Positions 33,583-36,079 of a stretch of 36,079 nt of DNA are shown here, one piece after another. Origin of the DNA: a virus. Within the stretch, counting starts at the first letter, position 1; each line of letters begins with the position of its first letter. The DNA lies in IMG/VR virus record IMGVR_UViG_3300009285_000036, positions 1-36,079 of that record. One strand, written 5' to 3'. The position numbers and the translations under genes were made by a program. The notes beneath the pieces were generated by a model. That model saw only the letters and a program-made list of their open reading frames with translations. It was not told where the DNA came from and did no database searches.

Positions 33583-33741
33583 ATGTCAATAATCAACTGC
33601 GAATACTGTAATCAAAACTTTGATACTGATTTTACAGATGAATGTGAATGTGTGGGTTTAAAGAAAAAGTATGCTTGGGTAAAAACAAAAATTAAAAAAT
33701 ATGAAAAAATTATTAAAACTTTAGAAAATAAAAAACTATGA
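33583..33741 (+). CDS. Cys-rich mini-protein (52 aa)
   Basis: CEYC ... CEC. Its stop overlaps the next start (ATGA). Confidence 0.45.
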   Translation: MSIINCEYCNQNFDTDFTDECECVGLKKKYAWVKTKIKKYEKIIKTLENKKL

Positions 33742-33911
33742 CTACTTTACTCACTACTTTATTGATGCTCGCACCTGTCCTCTATGTACTCTATTTAATT
33801 ATTGGAATGCTTAAACTACCCCCACCAATTCTCACCATTATCCATGTTATCATTGCTGTAATTGTTATTGTCTATTTGCTTCGGGTATTTGGGATTTATA
33901 ATTTAAGGTAA
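33738..33911 (+). CDS. Two-TM small membrane protein (57 aa)
   Basis: LLTTLLMLAPVLYVLYLIIGML and ILTIIHVIIAVIVIVYLL. Confidence 0.5.
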   Translation: MTTLLTTLLMLAPVLYVLYLIIGMLKLPPPILTIIHVIIAVIVIVYLLRVFGIYNLR

Positions 33912-33916
33912 AAACT

Positions 33917-34090
33917 ATGAACCAAAAAACTGAAATCACAATCCCAATCATTTGGCTAAAAGGATTAAAAGAATATGCTGAAAGGGTAAAAGAAACAGAA
34001 AATATGGGGAATCTTAATCACGAAACAGCAATCGCTTCTTTACTCGGATATTTAGAAAGTTTAGAAATGTTTTATGACCAAACAAACTAA
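33917..34090 (+). CDS. Small hypothetical protein (57 aa)
   Basis: ORF with the AAAACTATG start context. It overlaps the next gene by 17 nt. Confidence 0.45.
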   Translation: MNQKTEITIPIIWLKGLKEYAERVKETENMGNLNHETAIASLLGYLESLEMFYDQTN

Positions 34091-34535
34091 ATCTGAACTT
34101 CTTTGCTTCTCAATTCTCATCATCTTTGTTGTTTGCGCGTTGGCTTATTTATTACATATCACGAAAGCAAAGGCTTATGAAAAAGAAATATACAAGTACG
34201 ATCCGTGCGGACTTATCACAGTCCAGTGTGATAAAGAGCCGACTGGCAGAATTGTCCAAACAACGCTCACAGCTTACAGCTCTGAAAAAAATCAAACGGA
34301 CAGCACGCCATTTATTACGGCAAATGGACAAAGAGTTAAGCGAGGTTTCATTGCTAATAACTGCCTGCCATTCGAAACAAGTGTCGCTATTGGAAATACG
34401 CTGTTTACAATCAATGACCGACTTAATGACCGCTATGGTTGCGATGTATTCGACTTGTGGGTCGGAGATAAACAAACTGCGCTCAACTTCGGTAAGCAAG
34501 AAGCTGAAATAATCGTGTTTCAAAACTGGGATTGA
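34074..34535 (+). CDS. Exported 3D-domain (MltA/RlpA-like) peptidoglycan hydrolase
   Basis: N-terminal signal or anchor (LLCFSILIIFVVCALAYLL), then TAYSSEKNQTDSTPFITANG ... LPFETSV ... NDRLNDRYGCDVFDLWV, which matches the 3D-domain pattern. Confidence 0.65.
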   Translation: MTKQTKSELLCFSILIIFVVCALAYLLHITKAKAYEKEIYKYDPCGLITVQCDKEPTGRIVQTTLTAYSSEKNQTDSTPFITANGQRVKRGFIANNCLPFETSVAIGNTLFTINDRLNDRYGCDVFDLWVGDKQTALNFGKQEAEIIVFQNWD

Positions 34536-34561
34536 TTGAGGTAAAAATAACACAGTAATAT

Positions 34562-35263
34562 ATGAGTAGTAAAGACAAAATCATATTAGATTTATGTGGT
34601 GGCACTGCCAGTTGGAGTCAACCATATAAAGACGCTGGGTACGATGTTCGTCTGATTACTTTACCCGAAAATGATGTTTGTGATTATGTTCCACCGGAAA
34701 ATGTTTATGGTATTCTCGCCGCGCCACCCTGTACAATGTTCAGTTTTGCCAGAACTAACGCTAAAAAACCAAGAGATTTACAAGAGGGCATGAAGTGTGT
34801 CCGTGCTTGTTTAAATATAATTTGGTCAATAATGGAAGTAGAACAAAATACAACAAAAAAAACTTTACCACTTCAATTTTGGGCATTAGAAAATCCATAT
34901 TATGGATTTCTTAAAAAGTTTCTTGGCAAACCAGCGTTTATTTTTGACCCGTGGGAATTTGGTGACGGCTATCAAAAAAGAACAGCTTTGTGGGGAAACT
35001 TCAACGAACCAAAGAAAAATCCTGTTCCATTGACCGATAAAATGAAAGAATTAGCAAAAACAAACAGTTATCTACATACAATGAAAACGGGAACGAACCG
35101 AGGAACACAGCCGTCAATGTGGAATAAAAAGAATTTGAAAAAATTTGATATGCCGGCAAGTAAAGATATTCGTTTAGAAGCGTTTGGTGTTTGGGACAGA
35201 CAAGTAAGACGAAGTATTACCCCCCAAGGATTTGCTAAAGCATTTTTTGAAGCAAATAATTAA
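34562..35263 (+). CDS. Divergent compact C5-methyltransferase-like protein (233 aa)
   Basis: DLCGGTASW (motif I-like), AAPPCTMFS (PC motif IV), WALENP (motif VI-like) and RRSITPQGFAKAF near the C-terminus. Confidence 0.55.
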   Translation: MSSKDKIILDLCGGTASWSQPYKDAGYDVRLITLPENDVCDYVPPENVYGILAAPPCTMFSFARTNAKKPRDLQEGMKCVRACLNIIWSIMEVEQNTTKKTLPLQFWALENPYYGFLKKFLGKPAFIFDPWEFGDGYQKRTALWGNFNEPKKNPVPLTDKMKELAKTNSYLHTMKTGTNRGTQPSMWNKKNLKKFDMPASKDIRLEAFGVWDRQVRRSITPQGFAKAFFEANN

Positions 35264-35280
35264 CATTAGTCTAATCAATA

Positions 35281-35304
35281 TTAAAATAAGTCAATAAATA
35301 TGGA
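35281..35304 (+). repeat. 24-nt perfect direct repeat, copy 1 (TTAAAATAAGTCAATAAATATGGA)
   Basis: Identical to 35759-35782. It includes the ATG of the 35300 gene. Confidence 0.9.
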
Positions 35305-35767
35305 AAAAGAACTTATAATCAAAATAGATTTGGAAAAAATTACTGAAGATATTCTCGAAAAAGAAACATACTCTTCTGGTGTTTCAACTTCGGTCATTAT
35401 TCAAAATAGAGTAAAAGATGAAATAAAAAGAAATATACAAAATAGTATTGTTGATGAAATAAAAAGAAATATCAATATAGAAGAATTAAAAGAAAAATCT
35501 TACTCATCTGAATATTTGAAAAGAACTGCGAATGATATACTTCAAAAAGAACTTTCTGGTTTAGTTAAAAACTATACCGATGAATGGATTAAAAAACAAA
35601 TGCGTTATGTTGTTGAGGATGCGGTAAGAAAAAATGTAGAAGAGTTTGTTCTTCCCAAATTACAAAAAATGATTTCAAACCTTATAATTGTAAATCAGGA
35701 AAATATAGATGAAGAATTACAAGAATTACAGAAAGGTTATGAAGAACAAATTAAAGAATTAAAATAA
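35300..35767 (+). CDS. Hypothetical K/E-rich helical protein (155 aa)
   Basis: ORF bracketed by the 24-nt repeats. The internal motif DEIKRNI occurs twice. Confidence 0.65.
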   Translation: MEKELIIKIDLEKITEDILEKETYSSGVSTSVIIQNRVKDEIKRNIQNSIVDEIKRNINIEELKEKSYSSEYLKRTANDILQKELSGLVKNYTDEWIKKQMRYVVEDAVRKNVEEFVLPKLQKMISNLIIVNQENIDEELQELQKGYEEQIKELK

Positions 35768-35782
35768 GTCAATAAATATGGA
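35759..35782 (+). repeat. 24-nt perfect direct repeat, copy 2
   Basis: Identical to 35281-35304. Its ATG (35778) opens only a 13-codon ORF, which is followed by a 7-bp hairpin at 35795-35816. Confidence 0.9.
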
Positions 35783-35830
35783 CGACAAAATAATCTTTCT
35801 TCGGCAAGCAAGAAAGTGAAGTAATAATTT

Positions 35831-36004
35831 ATGTCTAAACAGTCAGATAAAGAAAAACGAAAAATACTTCTTCAGGCATTAAAAGTATTGAAACAAGAAA
35901 AGGTAAATAAGGGATGTAAGTCATACGGTTTTGCTTGTCCGCAATGTGAGTTTAGAAGGATGTATGAAATGTTTGAAAGTTATGTTAAGTTTTGGAGAGA
36001 TTAA
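35831..36004 (+). CDS. Small Cys-containing protein (57 aa)
   Basis: CKSYGFACPQC. The stop codon runs into the terminal repeat and the terminator hairpin. Confidence 0.5.
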   Translation: MSKQSDKEKRKILLQALKVLKQEKVNKGCKSYGFACPQCEFRRMYEMFESYVKFWRD

Positions 36005-36079
36005 AAAGGGGCGTGGATACGGAGTAGCCGTAACGCCCCACGAACCTACCGACGAAGTGGATCACCTCCTTTCCTCTGC
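36003..36079. repeat. Second copy of the 77-nt terminal repeat. It duplicates the terminator and the 3' end of the receiver gene.
   Basis: Identical to 1-77. Confidence 0.95.

Noticed and set aside
1-36079. Diversity-generating retroelement, CRISPR array, tRNA genes, integrase or repressor module, and alternative genetic code
   Set aside because: I saw no reverse-transcriptase-like ORF and no template/variable repeat pair. I saw no repeat-spacer array and no cloverleaf-capable sequence. I saw no tyrosine or serine recombinase motifs. TAA, TGA and TAG all terminate well-bounded genes, so the standard code fits.

Overview
The window is a complete, circularly closed tailed-phage genome. Positions 1-77 are identical to 36003-36079, so the unique length is about 36,002 bp. 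It is low-GC and densely coded, and TAA, TGA and TAG all act as stops at clean gene boundaries, so the standard code applies. A long minus-strand late block runs from 29778 down to 1672. In transcription order it holds an RHH regulator, a compact C5 methyltransferase, TerS, TerL, portal, scaffold and major capsid protein. Next comes a 7 kb block with two Sec-signal-bearing repetitive proteins, three small membrane proteins and a papain-like peptidase. Tail genes follow: an adaptor-like and a propeller-like protein, a repeat-rich tail fibre, then 679 aa and 1624 aa virion proteins. This order resembles a T7-type podovirus; no tube, sheath or tape-measure gene was recognised. Two plus-strand blocks (30462-36004 and 556-1649) carry small early genes: several zinc-ribbon mini-proteins, an HNH-like protein, a winged-helix protein, a 3D-domain wall hydrolase, a second C5-methyltransferase-like gene and a VRR-NUC nuclease. 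I found no integrase, repressor, polymerase, helicase, reverse transcriptase, tRNA or CRISPR array. The main oddities are listed here. (1) A roughly 0.5 kb high-GC island carries one atypical CheY-like receiver gene with its own terminator. (2) The exported-protein block sits between the head and tail modules. (3) Two long non-coding regions (28278-28910 and 29779-30461) hold phased repeats, a GTCG microsatellite, long imperfect hairpins and convergent promoter/terminator pairs. (4) Shine-Dalgarno sites are almost entirely absent. All product calls come from motifs read by eye; no database search was run.
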